Shown piece by piece: positions 32,732 to 33,921 of a DNA stretch of 33,921 nucleotides. The number at the start of each line of letters is the position of its first letter. The stretch's first letter is position 1. Source of the DNA: Neolecta irregularis DAH-3 (Eukaryota); the NCBI GenBank assembly GCA_001929475.1, contig LXFE01000507.1:1-33921 (forward strand). Reading direction: 5' to 3'. The position numbers and the translations under genes were made by a program. Under the pieces are notes generated by a model, which saw only the letters and a list, made by a program, of their open reading frames with translations, did no database searches and had not been told where the DNA came from.

Positions 32732-33178
32732 CTTTGACTCGAGCTAGGGGGTTTGAGAAATCATTCGGCAGGAGTTTTCTAGATAAAGGAGCATATCCGG
32801 AAGCGATCATCGGATGTGCACCAGTATGTGTGGCTTCGGCTAATGGGTAACTGTCCCTCGTCCCTCATTATCACTGGAATAAAGTTTTTGTACTGGCTGG
32901 TCAGAAGAATATATTTATGACGGAGGGTCAGGTTTGAAACTGGCGGTGGTGTCTCTAGACATAGACATGGACATCATATACATAGGCAGATAAAAATACC
33001 TTCGGCAATAGAAAGCCGGAGCAGGAAAGTCCTGCTCCACCTTCATGTTATGCCGTGGAACATTTTCAGTTCCGATAATTAATTAGTCACCAGGTACAAC
33101 TCCGGAAGCGATATTGATCACATGTCAAGCCAAGTTCATATGACAGAAAATAATTACCGCTTTTAGTGACCATCTACC

Positions 33179-33832
33179 ATGCATGCCACCTATCCGCCGT
33201 CCTCGTCTTGTGATTCTTCAAATTCATCTACTGCACGACCCTCTAAACTCAATCTTCAACTAAAAGCAGAAATCAAAGCAGCTATATACTGCCGTGCACA
33301 AACTATAAACCTAATCAAACGCCTTAAATCAACCCAGACGCAAAACCTAACTTGTCTTCTCCAAGCAGATCTTTTACAACTATGGAAAGTCACAGGGATA
33401 TACTACGCAATTGAAGTTGAAAAATCATTGATTTTTTCAAAACATGGCATCTGTGTAATTGGGAAAAAAACTTCTTTGGGAGATGAATTGAAGATTGCCA
33501 GGGATGTAGGGTATCTTGGACCCTGTGAAGAGACTTTTCGCCGTATTATAAATAATCTTCAATTCGATTATTCAGTAAGTGAGATGAAACAGTATAAGAA
33601 AAACGATGTATATGCACTAGGCAATGACAGATTGACTATGAGTAAAATGGTTATGGGAGCTATGTTTGTTGTTATTGGGTTGCCGTTAATTTTAGTGATG
33701 GGTGTATGGGGTGGAATCAATGGCCGTCGAGAATTTCAAAAGGAGAATAGGTACTGGATTGAACAGGCTAGAGATGCGGTTATTTCAGGTGACTCAAAAG
33801 TTGCCAAGATAATTCAAGAATATAGAAATTAA
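33179..33832 (+). CDS. Hypothetical protein (217 aa) with one hydrophobic segment; paralogue of the 30233 gene
   Basis: ATG ORF containing KIARDVGYLGPCEETFRRII, a TM-like segment MVMGAMFVVIGLPLILVMGVWGGI, and RYWIEQARDAVISGDSKVAKII. Confidence 0.7.
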   Translation: MHATYPPSSSCDSSNSSTARPSKLNLQLKAEIKAAIYCRAQTINLIKRLKSTQTQNLTCLLQADLLQLWKVTGIYYAIEVEKSLIFSKHGICVIGKKTSLGDELKIARDVGYLGPCEETFRRIINNLQFDYSVSEMKQYKKNDVYALGNDRLTMSKMVMGAMFVVIGLPLILVMGVWGGINGRREFQKENRYWIEQARDAVISGDSKVAKIIQEYRN

Positions 33833-33921
33833 AGTGCTAGATATATCCATCTATTTCCATTTTTCCATTCATCTCTTTCTAGTCTTTAGAAAGGCTAAAT
33901 CAATCATCTATTTGAATCTGT

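Noticed and set aside
1-33921. tRNA, rRNA, CRISPR arrays, transposase/RT genes, and the many antisense ORFs in the track
   Set aside because: No such signatures were seen by eye; the antisense ORFs overlap well-supported genes and lack recognisable motifs.

Overview
Compact, intron-dense eukaryotic genomic DNA from an ascomycete fungus. The gene set and very short introns suggest an early-diverging Taphrinomycotina lineage such as Neolecta; this is inference. Positions 1-29.7 kb hold housekeeping genes: Hrp1/Musashi-type RRM protein (5'-truncated), Pol epsilon subunit B, NASP/Sim3, Mpe1, ornithine decarboxylase antizyme, a YPL162C/STIMATE-type membrane protein, 6-phosphogluconate dehydrogenase, Lsm12, Rqc2/NEMF, riboflavin kinase, Vtc4, Ade2/ade6, a COG7-like protein and an unsplit Bub1/Mad3 kinase. 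Two ORFs there are orphans. The last ~4 kb look lineage-specific: two divergent paralogues of an unrecognised family flank a candidate 7-TM protein. About 67 introns were traced by hand, mostly 32-46 nt. Highlights: (1) an antizyme +1 frameshift site (CCC-UGA) followed 4 nt later by a 35-nt intron that exactly cancels the shift at DNA level; (2) an alternative acceptor in gnd1 that adds a PTS2-like peptide; (3) unusual splicing, with about 7 GC-AG introns and GAG acceptors; (4) a repeat array of decoy acceptors in hrp1 intron 1 that looks like autoregulatory poison splicing; (5) the new paralogue pair plus 7-TM gene. Exon boundaries were placed by eye using protein conservation recalled from memory; no database search was run.
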